Below, one piece after another: positions 26,832 through 35,756 of a stretch of 64,000 nt of DNA. The notes under the pieces were generated by a model, which did not search any database, was not told the DNA's origin, and worked only from the letters and a program-made list of their open reading frames with translations. Made by a program: the position numbers and the translations under genes. The stretch lies in contig MHFI01000036.1 in assembly GCA_001804125.1 (NCBI GenBank), forward strand, positions 23,123-87,122. The letters are read 5' to 3'. Each line of letters begins with the position of its first letter. Position 1 is the first letter of the stretch. The stretch comes from Omnitrophica bacterium RIFCSPHIGHO2_02_FULL_51_18 (GTDB lineage: Bacteria > Omnitrophota > Gorgyraeia > 2-02-FULL-51-18).

Positions 26832-27428
26832 TTACTTATCCTGTTCATCTTCCTCGTCATCCCCCTCTTCCTCACCCTCTTCGGTGCCGGGGGGCTCAAG
26901 ACCGGGTTCCGGGCCGGATTCGGGCCCTGCGGCGGCAGGCGCCTGCTCCAGACTTTTAAAAAATTCGTTGGGTGACATCGTTTTCAAGGCGTCTTTGAAT
27001 TTATCGATTTCCTCCTGCGTGATCGCGCTTTCTATCTCTGGGCATTTATTCAGGACTTTTTCGTCGATATAAATCGGACAGCGCGCTCTGACGGCCAGTG
27101 CCAGCGAATCCGAAGGCCTGGCATCCAGCGAAAGGGTCTTGCCCCCGCACTCGATGTAGATGAGCGCATAGTAACTGCTGTCGTGCAGGTCGCTGATGAC
27201 AACCTTGTTTATTTTTGCGCCGAGCGCTTCCAGAACGTTGATCACAAGATCATGCGTCAGGGGCCTGGGAAATTTTTCCCCCTGCATCTCAAGCGCAATC
27301 GCGTTTCCCTCGTTGACGCCGATCCAAATGGGAACCAGACGCGTCTTTTCCAAATCCTCCAGCACCACTACATATTGTGGAAGCGGGAAGAGCGGCGTAA
27401 TAGAAGATATCTTAGCTTCTTTAATCAT
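26832..27428 (-). CDS. Bifunctional nuclease family (BFN/DUF151) protein with an acidic C-terminal tail.
   Basis: PIWIGVNEGNAIALE...RPLTHDL...YYALIYIE...DARPSDSLALAVRARCPIYI. Confidence 0.7.
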   Translation of the reverse strand: MIKEAKISSITPLFPLPQYVVVLEDLEKTRLVPIWIGVNEGNAIALEMQGEKFPRPLTHDLVINVLEALGAKINKVVISDLHDSSYYALIYIECGGKTLSLDARPSDSLALAVRARCPIYIDEKVLNKCPEIESAITQEEIDKFKDALKTMSPNEFFKSLEQAPAAAGPESGPEPGLEPPGTEEGEEEGDDEEDEQDK

Positions 27429-27453
27429 AAATCTCTTTTTTCAATAACCTATT

Positions 27454-28104
27454 CTAACGTTTAAGCGCTAAATTATCAAGGCCGTTTCGTCTAGAAATCC
27501 GTTTGACCCACACGCCTCTTTTTTCGCTCTGAGCTTTTTTTTGAGCGTTTTTTAGCAGCGCATAGTAACGCATGTTGGGAGGATAAGGTTTTACGCGCGC
27601 CAGCCCTTCCCGAACCAAACGCAAATTTACAAATTCTCCGCTTGGCAAATAAACATAAGCCAGCGTGCGGCCGTATTTATCTTTTATTTCTGCGTCCAAT
27701 TCGAGAAACACCGGTTGTCTATCTAAAAGCTGTTTCAAAAAATGGGCAGCCTCCTTTCCGAAGGCGTCAACAGGCCCTTTCCAGGGCTGGTATTCGGGCG
27801 CATCGATCCCGATGAGCCGGATCCTTTCCCCCGTCTCAAGCTCGAAGGTGTCTCCGTCGATGACCCAATGAACGATGCCTGAACGCCTCTGCGTGTTTTC
27901 GGGCGCGGCCTGCGAGTGGACATCCCCAAAAGAAAAACCAAGAATAGAGACAACGAAAAGACAGGAGACGAGCCGGGATGGGGCAGTCCGATCAAAAAGC
28001 CTCAGACTGCTATTCGATTTCGATGACGGAATCAAGACCGCCGTACGGATTGGGTTCCAGGTGGTCGTTGAACGGGTCCGTCGTCCATAGTCCGTCAACG
28101 ACAA
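27454..28104 (-). CDS. Secreted thermonuclease (SNase / micrococcal nuclease family).
   Basis: DGDTFEL..GERIRLIGIDAPE...GRTLAYVYL..GEFVNLRLVREGLA. Confidence 0.75.
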   Translation of the reverse strand: MSLTDYGRRTRSTTTWNPIRTAVLIPSSKSNSSLRLFDRTAPSRLVSCLFVVSILGFSFGDVHSQAAPENTQRRSGIVHWVIDGDTFELETGERIRLIGIDAPEYQPWKGPVDAFGKEAAHFLKQLLDRQPVFLELDAEIKDKYGRTLAYVYLPSGEFVNLRLVREGLARVKPYPPNMRYYALLKNAQKKAQSEKRGVWVKRISRRNGLDNLALKR

Positions 28105-29092
28105 ATTTATACCGGTATTTGCCGGGATCCAGGAACACTCTTTTTTGCCAAACCCCTTCTTCCGTCCTCCACAGAAGCGATTCCTGGGATAGGCTCCAGC
28201 GGTTGAAGTCGCCCACCAGATGCACTTCCCTGGCCTCGTGCGCTTTTAACACAAAATCCCGGATGCGGTTCGACGGAAGCTCGAAGCGGGCACCGTTTGC
28301 ATTTAAGTCGGCGGGAGTGTCGGCCGTGATGCGCTCAAGGAGCTCCCGGACGGCCGCCCGATAGTCCTCGGCGCCTTTGGAAAGGCGATCGTAATGCAAA
28401 ACCGACCGACCCTTGGCCTGGGATTCGCGAATCGCGACGGTTTGACGGATCCCGTTTTTCAAAATGTGCTCTCCAAACGCGTTTGCGATTTCTCCCAGCA
28501 TGTGTTTGGCAAATCTCGTGCGCAAATCGACAAGCGTCGGCAAGGCATATACGTGCGGCGTGTGCTGGAGCTTTACTCGAATCAGCTCAATCATGCTGAG
28601 GAGTTTGCTCACTCCCAGGAGCGAAAACGAACCCAGTTCAATGGGCACAACAACGGTTTGCGAGGCCCTCAGCGCATTGAAGGTCAGAAAACCCAGGCTG
28701 GGCGGGCAGTCAATCACGGCGAATTCATAAGGAAATGAAAGCGTCTGAAGCGCCCGGTAAAGTTTTGAAACGGATTCATCCTTGTGGGTCAGCTCCTGTT
28801 CAATCGTGCTTAACAGAAGATGTGAAGGGGCCAAATCAAGCATCTCCTCTACCGGCAAGATCACGTCCTCCAGAAAATGTTTTCTTTTTTCGTTCTGCTC
28901 AGTCAGCACATTGTAGATGGAGTTCTCGACTTTGTCGCTGCGAATACCCAAACCCGACGTCGCATGGGCCTGAGGATCGAGGTCAATCAGGAGGGTTTTT
29001 TTGCCCAGGTGGGCGAGGCTTGCCGCGATATTGATCGCGGAAGTAGTCTTACCGCACCCTCCCTTTTGATTGGACAACGCAATCACATGCAT
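28010..29092 (-). CDS. ParA/MinD-family ATPase with a C-terminal CBM48 (AMPK-beta-like glycogen-binding) domain.
   Basis: Deviant Walker A NQKGGCGKTT. C-terminus VHLVGDFNRW...GKYRYKFVVDGLWTTDPFN...GGLDSVI matches CBM48. Confidence 0.7.
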   Translation of the reverse strand: MHVIALSNQKGGCGKTTSAINIAASLAHLGKKTLLIDLDPQAHATSGLGIRSDKVENSIYNVLTEQNEKRKHFLEDVILPVEEMLDLAPSHLLLSTIEQELTHKDESVSKLYRALQTLSFPYEFAVIDCPPSLGFLTFNALRASQTVVVPIELGSFSLLGVSKLLSMIELIRVKLQHTPHVYALPTLVDLRTRFAKHMLGEIANAFGEHILKNGIRQTVAIRESQAKGRSVLHYDRLSKGAEDYRAAVRELLERITADTPADLNANGARFELPSNRIRDFVLKAHEAREVHLVGDFNRWSLSQESLLWRTEEGVWQKRVFLDPGKYRYKFVVDGLWTTDPFNDHLEPNPYGGLDSVIEIE

Positions 29093-29093
29093 T

Positions 29094-29942
29094 TTAGATA
29101 GGGACGACCTGCAAGTCTCGGATAAAAACGGTGTCTCCGGGCTTGTTTTCAGTGTCTTTGGAGCCGACGTCAAAACGCAGGCTCGCCACATTTTCCTCGT
29201 CAAACTTACCTTCGGTGTGGTAGATCGGAATTTCCGCCCGTTGCCAGTCGGTCGTCAAAGAGGCCGGAAAAGGATACGTGCGGCCCTTCGGAAAAGCGGA
29301 GAGATTGCCGCTGTCCTTTATGGAAAAGGCGATGTTTTCTCCGCCTCGGCCGCCCTTGGCGTAAAACACGATTTTGGCCCCCTTGAGGTTTAGCGCCGAA
29401 CGGAAGAAAAGATTGGCCCTTGCAAAAGGGGCCACGGAGCTGTTCACCAGCGTGAGGCTCGACTTGTCCTTGGAGCTCTGAAGCTTGGCCGCGCCCTCGA
29501 ATATAAAATCCTGCATGGAGAACGTATCACCGTATTTAATCTGCCACGCACTTTCTGACGACGCGTCCGTGGAAACCGGGTTCTCGTCCTCCGCCGGCGC
29601 GCGCGAAGCGGAATAAAGGCGGGCGTGTTTCTCGTCAATCACTTTAACGTCAACAAAAACACGCTTCGCGGAAAACAAGCTGAAGGCCGCCAAAAGCATC
29701 GCGACTGAACTGATGACCCAGGGCAGGGTCGAAGAGAGCCTGGGTTTTTCAATGACTTTGATGACAAGCGGCTCGTCGTATCTTTTGAGTTTCTCGGGGC
29801 CTGAGAAATAGATGTCGGCCAGTTGCTGCTGCGTCATCTCATAGGGACTTTTCTTGGCGGGAGCCCCCGGATCCCCGGATCCTTCCTTCTTCGAGAATTC
29901 CTTGGCGCTGGCTTTGAGCGACTCGATCAATTTACTCATCAA
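29094..29942 (-). CDS. Membrane-anchored protein with a C-terminal beta-rich (possible carbohydrate-binding) domain. Candidate ParA partner.
   Basis: Single transmembrane helix LPWVISSVAMLLAAFSLF. Directly abuts the ParA-like gene. Confidence 0.35.
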   Translation of the reverse strand: MMSKLIESLKASAKEFSKKEGSGDPGAPAKKSPYEMTQQQLADIYFSGPEKLKRYDEPLVIKVIEKPRLSSTLPWVISSVAMLLAAFSLFSAKRVFVDVKVIDEKHARLYSASRAPAEDENPVSTDASSESAWQIKYGDTFSMQDFIFEGAAKLQSSKDKSSLTLVNSSVAPFARANLFFRSALNLKGAKIVFYAKGGRGGENIAFSIKDSGNLSAFPKGRTYPFPASLTTDWQRAEIPIYHTEGKFDEENVASLRFDVGSKDTENKPGDTVFIRDLQVVPI

Positions 29943-30171
29943 TCAGATGGTTCTCCCTTAAAACGGTCTCTGTTTTCAAGATGGCTTTTTTTAATTCCAA
30001 AAAATGGGACACGTTGATCGCCAGGCCTTTGCCGGTGGGAATTTTCTCCTCCCCTTCCTTGAGGGTCGTGTACACACGTAAGTCCACGAGGTCATAGCCT
30101 TTGAATTCGTTGATTTGGACACGCACTTCTTCAAACTTATTTTTGGGAAAGCTGGCGACCAACTGGTTCAT
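29932..30171 (-). CDS. PC4-like (YdbC-type) single-stranded DNA-binding small protein.
   Basis: EVRVQINEFKGYDLVDLRVY...PTGKGLAINVSHFLELKKAI pattern. Confidence 0.45.
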   Translation of the reverse strand: MNQLVASFPKNKFEEVRVQINEFKGYDLVDLRVYTTLKEGEEKIPTGKGLAINVSHFLELKKAILKTETVLRENHLIDE

Positions 30172-31304
30172 GATGGAACCCTCTCCTCGTTTAGAATTTC
30201 AACAGCTTCTTTAAACTCCGGGGTTTGTGGCTCCTGGCCTTTCCGGAATTCTTCCAGTTTTTTGATCCTCTGGTCCAGTTTTTTAAAGCTCTTGTCGCTC
30301 ACATCGTCGTATTTTTCCTGGGTCTTGCCCAGCAATTCGCCCACGTCTACGAAGCGTTTCTTGAAATTTTCATAGTCATCCAAAAATTGTGTGATGAGCT
30401 TGAGAATTTCATAGGTCGATTTCTTAAAGAAAAAATTATCATAAGCCTGGCGGATGATGGACAGTATTCCGTACAGCGAGTAGGGTGAAGCCAAAAGTAC
30501 TTTTTGGGACAGCGCTTCATCCATAAGCTCGGGCGCCGTCCGGTGAATAAAACCGAAGATCTGCTCGTTCGGGATAAAGAGGATCACGTAGTCCAGTGTT
30601 TGTTCTTCCGGGTTGATGTAGTCTCTTTTTTTTAGTTCCCGGATCCTGTTTTTTACGTCTTTTATAAAATCGCCGAGAGTGCGCTCTTTTTCATTTTTGT
30701 CTTCGGTGTCCATAAACGCCTGGTAGTTGTTCAGAGGGAATTTGACGTCCATATAAACTTTGTGCTGGTCCGGCAGCGGAAAAACAAAATCCGGGCGTGT
30801 GGAAACAGTCTCCTGCGTTTTTTCTTTGAAATAATGAAAGCCTTCGCTGAAGCCCGCGGCGCGTAAAATATCTTCGGCCATCTTTTGGCCCCACTGCCCT
30901 CTGAGCTGGTTGTTGCCGATGACAGCGCCTAGTTTCTGGGTGGTTTCGGAAAGGCTGCGGGTCGCAACCGCGGTTTGCGCAAGCTTTTCGTCGAGACTTG
31001 CAAATTTATAAATCCTGTCCGCTTCAAATTCGCGGATCAGCTTTGTGATGCGCTCGAGCTCTCTTGTCAGATGGTCCACATGATGCTCAACCGCCTGTTT
31101 ATTCTGCTCGAGGAGCGCCTTCGACTTAAACTGCTCATCGATGAAGCGCTCATTGGCAGTCTGCACGAATTTTTCAGACTCTTGCTTCAAACGGGATTCA
31201 ATTTCGAGGAAGTGTTTTTGGATTCGCGATTGAATACAAAGAAGAAAAAAAACAATGACGGCGCCGATCACCACACAGGTCAGCGCGACCAGGATCGGAT
31301 TCAT
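30168..31304 (-). CDS. rmuC: DNA recombination protein RmuC.
   Basis: N-terminal transmembrane helix, long coiled coil, RmuC C-terminal domain. Confidence 0.75.
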   Translation of the reverse strand: MNPILVALTCVVIGAVIVFFLLCIQSRIQKHFLEIESRLKQESEKFVQTANERFIDEQFKSKALLEQNKQAVEHHVDHLTRELERITKLIREFEADRIYKFASLDEKLAQTAVATRSLSETTQKLGAVIGNNQLRGQWGQKMAEDILRAAGFSEGFHYFKEKTQETVSTRPDFVFPLPDQHKVYMDVKFPLNNYQAFMDTEDKNEKERTLGDFIKDVKNRIRELKKRDYINPEEQTLDYVILFIPNEQIFGFIHRTAPELMDEALSQKVLLASPYSLYGILSIIRQAYDNFFFKKSTYEILKLITQFLDDYENFKKRFVDVGELLGKTQEKYDDVSDKSFKKLDQRIKKLEEFRKGQEPQTPEFKEAVEILNEERVPS

Positions 31305-31493
31305 TTAGAACTTTTTATTACGGCTGCGGCTGCTTCTGGCTTTGCGGCGCTTGATTTCGCTGGGTTTCTCGTAATGCTTGCGGGCCTTCAGCATTTTTAA
31401 AATGCCTTCGCGCTCTATTTTTTTCTTGAAACGCCTGAGCGCCTTTTCAAGCGGCTCGTTGGGCCCCACTTCGACTTTTGACATGAAACTCAA
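31305..31493 (-). CDS. rpsU: 30S ribosomal protein S21.
   Basis: 62 aa, basic: KALRRFKKKIEREGIL...KRRKARSS. Confidence 0.85.
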   Translation of the reverse strand: MSFMSKVEVGPNEPLEKALRRFKKKIEREGILKMLKARKHYEKPSEIKRRKARSSRSRNKKF

Positions 31494-31531
31494 TTACTCC
31501 TTTCTACAACACCCTCAAGGACTTAGGTAAA

Positions 31532-32569
31532 TTACGCCTGGATTATAGTCTTATTCGAATTCAGTGTCAACAGATTCAGCCTTCTGTGGGCGACAAGGGA
31601 GTTTGGGAGGTGAATTTGAAGCGTTTTTTTGGTTTCAGAATGAAGGATATCGAGAATCGCTGAAATATGAGAAAGCTCGATGCGTTTTAGATGGCCTTGG
31701 ATTTTTTGAATCGCCTGCACAATCACTTCACGCTGAAGGGCCAAGGGATATTTTTTAAGCTTTTCCACGCGAAGCGTGACACCCCCCTGTTTTTTGACTC
31801 CGCGGCACCGCTTAAAAACCTTAAGCGCTGTTTTTTCCAAAAATTCTTGAATGTCGCGGCTGATGATCTGCAGATTCGCCAGGGACTTTTTGATGCCGGG
31901 GTTGTAGTCGCGCGCGAGGATTTTTAATAAATCGTGCCTTACCCGGTTTCTGGCAAACATTCGATCCGTATTGGTCTTGTCCGTACAGAAATAAACCCCG
32001 TTCCTTTTTAAAAATAATTTTAAATCCCGCTTTTCCACATCCAGTAATGGCCGGATGAGCTTAAACCGGCCTTGATTTCTCTTGGCGGGAATGCCGCACA
32101 AACCCTTGACCCCCGATCCGCGCAGGATACGAAGCAGCACGGTCTCGGCCTGGTCATCCAGCGTGTGAGCGGTGACGATGCAACGGCTTTTGGTTTTGAA
32201 GGCCACTTTTTCTAAAAATTCATAGCGCTTGATGCGGCCTGTTTCCTCAAGGGATCGTTTCAGGCGCTTGGCTTCTCTTTTTAGATTGATTTTTACGGAA
32301 TAAAAAGGAAGCGAAAGTTCCCGGCAGAGCTGCTTGACCCTGGTCTCGTGTTCCCCGGATGCTTTTGGGACAAAGCCGTGATTCACGTGCGCCACCGTGA
32401 GCTTAAGAGAATATTTTCGTCTCAACAGAACGAAAAGTTCCATGAGGGCGACGGAGTCCGGGCCGCCTGAGACGGCCAGGACCAGGGAATCATTTTTCTT
32501 GAATAAACCATGCCGCTGGTTGCAGATCTCGAGGGATTGGATCAGATTCTTGGCGGATTTCATGTTCAC
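31532..32569 (-). CDS. tilS: tRNA(Ile)-lysidine synthetase TilS.
   Basis: PP-loop SGGPDS. 345 aa. Confidence 0.85.
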   Translation of the reverse strand: MNMKSAKNLIQSLEICNQRHGLFKKNDSLVLAVSGGPDSVALMELFVLLRRKYSLKLTVAHVNHGFVPKASGEHETRVKQLCRELSLPFYSVKINLKREAKRLKRSLEETGRIKRYEFLEKVAFKTKSRCIVTAHTLDDQAETVLLRILRGSGVKGLCGIPAKRNQGRFKLIRPLLDVEKRDLKLFLKRNGVYFCTDKTNTDRMFARNRVRHDLLKILARDYNPGIKKSLANLQIISRDIQEFLEKTALKVFKRCRGVKKQGGVTLRVEKLKKYPLALQREVIVQAIQKIQGHLKRIELSHISAILDILHSETKKTLQIHLPNSLVAHRRLNLLTLNSNKTIIQA

Positions 32570-32652
32570 GTCATCCTGAGCGCCGGAGGCGCGAAGGATC
32601 CCGTTTTTGAGATTCTTCGTCCGCCAAAGAACATGGCGGACTCAGAATGACA
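32570..32652. repeat. Copy C of the GTCATCCTGAG...CTCAGAATGAC double-hairpin repeat.
   Basis: gtcatcctgag[cgccggaggcg]cgaaggatc CCGTTTTTGA gattcttcg[tccgcc...ggcgga]ctcagaatgac. Abuts the tilS start. Confidence 0.7.
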
Positions 32653-32669
32653 GTAATGGGGTGGGATAA

Positions 32670-33197
32670 CTAATAGACAAAAATATAAGTCGCTTTGCTT
32701 GAGGCCGGATCATATTCCACATCCACTTCCGTGCCGGCGGCCAGCGACTTCATGTCCCGGTCTTTTTCACCGTCCGTGATGTCGGTGGTTTCATCCACCT
32801 TCACAGTGAGAATCTTTTGGTTTGTGTCGTTTTCGGTCTCACCGTAAAGCTTGACGGTGATCGTTTTAGCGGTTTCGTCCATCGTCGTGACTTCGCCCGA
32901 AATAAACTCAAGGTTTTCCGTATTGACGATTTCCTCGGAGGGCGCCGCACTTTCAGCGGGGGCGGGCGTCTCCGCCGCGGATTGCGCCGGCGCTTCGGCC
33001 GGGACTGCGGGCGGAGTTGCGGCTTCCGGTTGGGAAGCGGCAGGTTCTTGAGGCGCCGCCGGTTCCGGAGACGGGACGGCCGTCTCCTCCGAAACCACGG
33101 GTTCCGACGCGGCCGGCGTCTGGGCCTCTTCGGCATAAAGGTTATAAGCCGTTAAATAAAAAGAAGATAGGAAAGCAACAAGCAACCATTTTTTCAT
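32670..33197 (-). CDS. Secreted protein with a Pro/Ala/Glu-rich linker and a small C-terminal beta domain.
   Basis: Signal peptide. Low-complexity PEPAAPQEPAAS region. Confidence 0.45.
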   Translation of the reverse strand: MKKWLLVAFLSSFYLTAYNLYAEEAQTPAASEPVVSEETAVPSPEPAAPQEPAASQPEAATPPAVPAEAPAQSAAETPAPAESAAPSEEIVNTENLEFISGEVTTMDETAKTITVKLYGETENDTNQKILTVKVDETTDITDGEKDRDMKSLAAGTEVDVEYDPASSKATYIFVY

Positions 33198-33292
33198 ATT
33201 GTGCGGCTCCAGTAAATTTTAATTTGAAAGGGCATTATACCAAGTTTCCGCCAAATGTCAAAGATGCATGATTATGACTGGAATAAGTAAAA

Positions 33293-33344
33293 GGGGACAC
33301 CCATTTATTAATAAGTTACGATTCATAAATAAATGGGTGTCCCC
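33293..33344. repeat. REP-like palindrome GGGGACACCCATTTATT-loop-AATAAATGGGTGTCCCC with A/T tracts on both sides (bidirectional terminator-like).
   Basis: 17-bp perfect arms. Located just downstream of the stop of the 33383-35740 gene. Confidence 0.75.
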
Positions 33345-33382
33345 TTTTGTGCTAAGGGCATAATCATGTGACAGGGGTGAGT

Positions 33383-35740
33383 TTATGAGCGGCCCAGTTT
33401 GGCCAAAACAAGATCTAAATTCTTCTGAGCGGTTTTGTTATCAGGATTGAGTCTTAAAGCTTCGGAAAAATGGGCCGCAGCTTCCTCCAGTTTACCCAGC
33501 CGAAATAAAATAACGCCTAAGTGGGTATGGATTTCCGGTAAATTGGGATCGAGCCGCAGTGCTTCCGTATAGAAAGCGATCGCTTCCGATACCTTGCCCC
33601 TCTGAAAGGCTTCACTGCCCAGGGAACCGTATGCTTGTGCAAGACCGGACCCGGGTGTGGATGCTTTGTTCTCGGGGCTGCTCAATACCTCCCCCCTGTG
33701 GGATTGAGACGAATCCGATTCGCCCGAATAAAGCACAGGCTGTGTTTGAGCGCTATCTGATTCAGCTGTGTTGTTTTGGCTGACAGTGGGCGCTGGTTCA
33801 GCAACAAGAACAAATCGGGACGCGGCTGTTGTCTGCGTCGATAGAGAAATAAATCCCGTTGGAGCCGTATTGGAAACAGGAGCTTCTGTGACAGGTGTTA
33901 CTGGAGCAGAAGGAGCCGGTTCAGGTGCCGGGGGTTGAGGAGGTGGAGCAAGCGAAGCTTCAGGAAACACGGGAAGCGGTTCCGGTGTTGACAATGGGGG
34001 CGCTAAAGGCTGCGAAACTGCCGGTGGGGGCGCATCCGCATTGGACAGCGCAATTTTAACCGCGTCTTTTCCTATTAGACGCTGGCCGGAAAGGGTCTGG
34101 CCTTTCAATATTCCTTCCGTATCCCCCGCTTGAAAGATAGATTTTGATTCCTTCCAAGGAGTCCAAGATTCTTTGAAATAACACAAAAGATCATTAGACC
34201 CGTTTTTATCCACATCCTTGACCGTGCACCCGGTCCAGCTTGCCTCATTGCCTGTTCGCCCGAAAGTAAGTGAATCCATGTTGATTTGGGTTGCCGCGTT
34301 AAACTTTTCGGTCGAAAGAATGGCTACGGCGACTTCTTTTTCATTCGGCCGAATGAGGTTTTGCGAAGAGCCTGGATCAATATCCATCGTAATCGTTGTC
34401 ACGGGAAGAATCGAATACCTTAACAGCATTAAATCAGCGCCCCTTGAAGCGCTTTTCTTATCCTGACCGCCCGCCGGTTTTCTCACGCCCGTCACATAAA
34501 CATCTGTCCCAACCGCCTCCACCGCCAAAGCATTTTCCAGTTGGTTAGTTTCACCCTCGACGTGCGCGGCAAGAATGGACCCATAATCCTTATCTACTTC
34601 CAGAAGAAAAGCATCTTCATTATGCCTGGGGGTTTCCCCCTTCTTGTACTCTGCAATGCCGGCGACATAGAGCCTGTCTTTCCCGGCGGCGATTCCCAAT
34701 GCCCATCCATTGTCTGCCGGGCCGTCCGCAGCAGGCGATTGAGCGAGCCATTCGGTTTCCCAGACCCGATCGCCATTTTGGTCATATTTCAACAGTAAAA
34801 TGTTTCCCTCGCTGCTTTTTGTGCTTTTTTTGCCCGAGGTAAGATAAAGACAGCCATCGTCGGAAGCGGCCACATCCACCTTAATGCCATGCGTGATGCC
34901 GCTCACAGCCTCTAAAGGCTGAAGCTGGGTGGAAACACTCCCCCTCCATACTTGGTTTCCCGAGGAATCATATTTCCAGAGCGTGGGACTCAGGGGCAGT
35001 GCGTTGAATTCGACGTTCTTTTCAATGGCGCTTGTAAAGCCAACTACGTAAACGCAGCCGTTCAGCATAGCAAGCTCCGTTCCCGCACTTTTATTCATTT
35101 CACCCGGATCGCCCAATATCCTGGACCATAAAAGACCGCCGTTTGAATCATACTTTGCGAGAACAGCCGTAACATTATGGGCGCCGCTTGATGCGTGGCC
35201 CGCAGCGTAAATGACTGTTGAGTTTTTTTCTTCAGCGGCAATAACCGCTCGAAATACCTCTTCCTTTTGTGCAGGGTAAAATTCGCTGTGCACGACCCAA
35301 AGAGGTTTGACAGCCGCGGCCGCGTTTAGAGGAAATTTCGCCAAGACACCTGAGAGTTGTTCTTTATTTTTCTTCCCGCTTGTGCGTACGAGGCTGGAAC
35401 CAACAACGTACAACCCTTCATTGGCGGCAGCCATATCGGTAAATGCGGAAGAAACCTCAATAGAGGCCTTTTGATCGTCGGACCAGACAAAGTTTGATAC
35501 GGGTTGTTCAGCGGGCGGCATGGCGTAAGACACCACAAGCAGCTTCGAATCCGCAGCTGTGCCCGCTATATGCAGGCGGCCGCCGCCGAATTTAACCGCA
35601 TGGCCCGACTGGTTGCCGGAACCGCCGTAAAACAACGCTTTCTCGTACTCAAGCTCCGTATCCGCCTGTGCGTGCCTGCCAAAAATCAGGCCTAGGGCCC
35701 CCACCAAACCTATCATAAGAAGTATCTGCTTTTTCATCAT
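33383..35740 (-). CDS. Large secreted beta-propeller protein with C-terminal TPR repeats.
   Basis: Signal peptide. TPR AIAFYTEALRLDPN...AAAHFSEALRLNPDN. Pro-rich linker. Confidence 0.55.
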   Translation of the reverse strand: MMKKQILLMIGLVGALGLIFGRHAQADTELEYEKALFYGGSGNQSGHAVKFGGGRLHIAGTAADSKLLVVSYAMPPAEQPVSNFVWSDDQKASIEVSSAFTDMAAANEGLYVVGSSLVRTSGKKNKEQLSGVLAKFPLNAAAAVKPLWVVHSEFYPAQKEEVFRAVIAAEEKNSTVIYAAGHASSGAHNVTAVLAKYDSNGGLLWSRILGDPGEMNKSAGTELAMLNGCVYVVGFTSAIEKNVEFNALPLSPTLWKYDSSGNQVWRGSVSTQLQPLEAVSGITHGIKVDVAASDDGCLYLTSGKKSTKSSEGNILLLKYDQNGDRVWETEWLAQSPAADGPADNGWALGIAAGKDRLYVAGIAEYKKGETPRHNEDAFLLEVDKDYGSILAAHVEGETNQLENALAVEAVGTDVYVTGVRKPAGGQDKKSASRGADLMLLRYSILPVTTITMDIDPGSSQNLIRPNEKEVAVAILSTEKFNAATQINMDSLTFGRTGNEASWTGCTVKDVDKNGSNDLLCYFKESWTPWKESKSIFQAGDTEGILKGQTLSGQRLIGKDAVKIALSNADAPPPAVSQPLAPPLSTPEPLPVFPEASLAPPPQPPAPEPAPSAPVTPVTEAPVSNTAPTGFISLSTQTTAASRFVLVAEPAPTVSQNNTAESDSAQTQPVLYSGESDSSQSHRGEVLSSPENKASTPGSGLAQAYGSLGSEAFQRGKVSEAIAFYTEALRLDPNLPEIHTHLGVILFRLGKLEEAAAHFSEALRLNPDNKTAQKNLDLVLAKLGRS

Positions 35741-35756
35741 GAGTCAGGGCGGCGGC

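Noticed and set aside
32801-33155. Overlapping ORFs in both directions (111 aa minus, 112 aa and 66 aa plus) inside 32670-33197.
   Set aside because: Products of the Pro/Ala/Glu-rich low-complexity coding region. The secreted protein frame, with its signal peptide, is the only coherent one.
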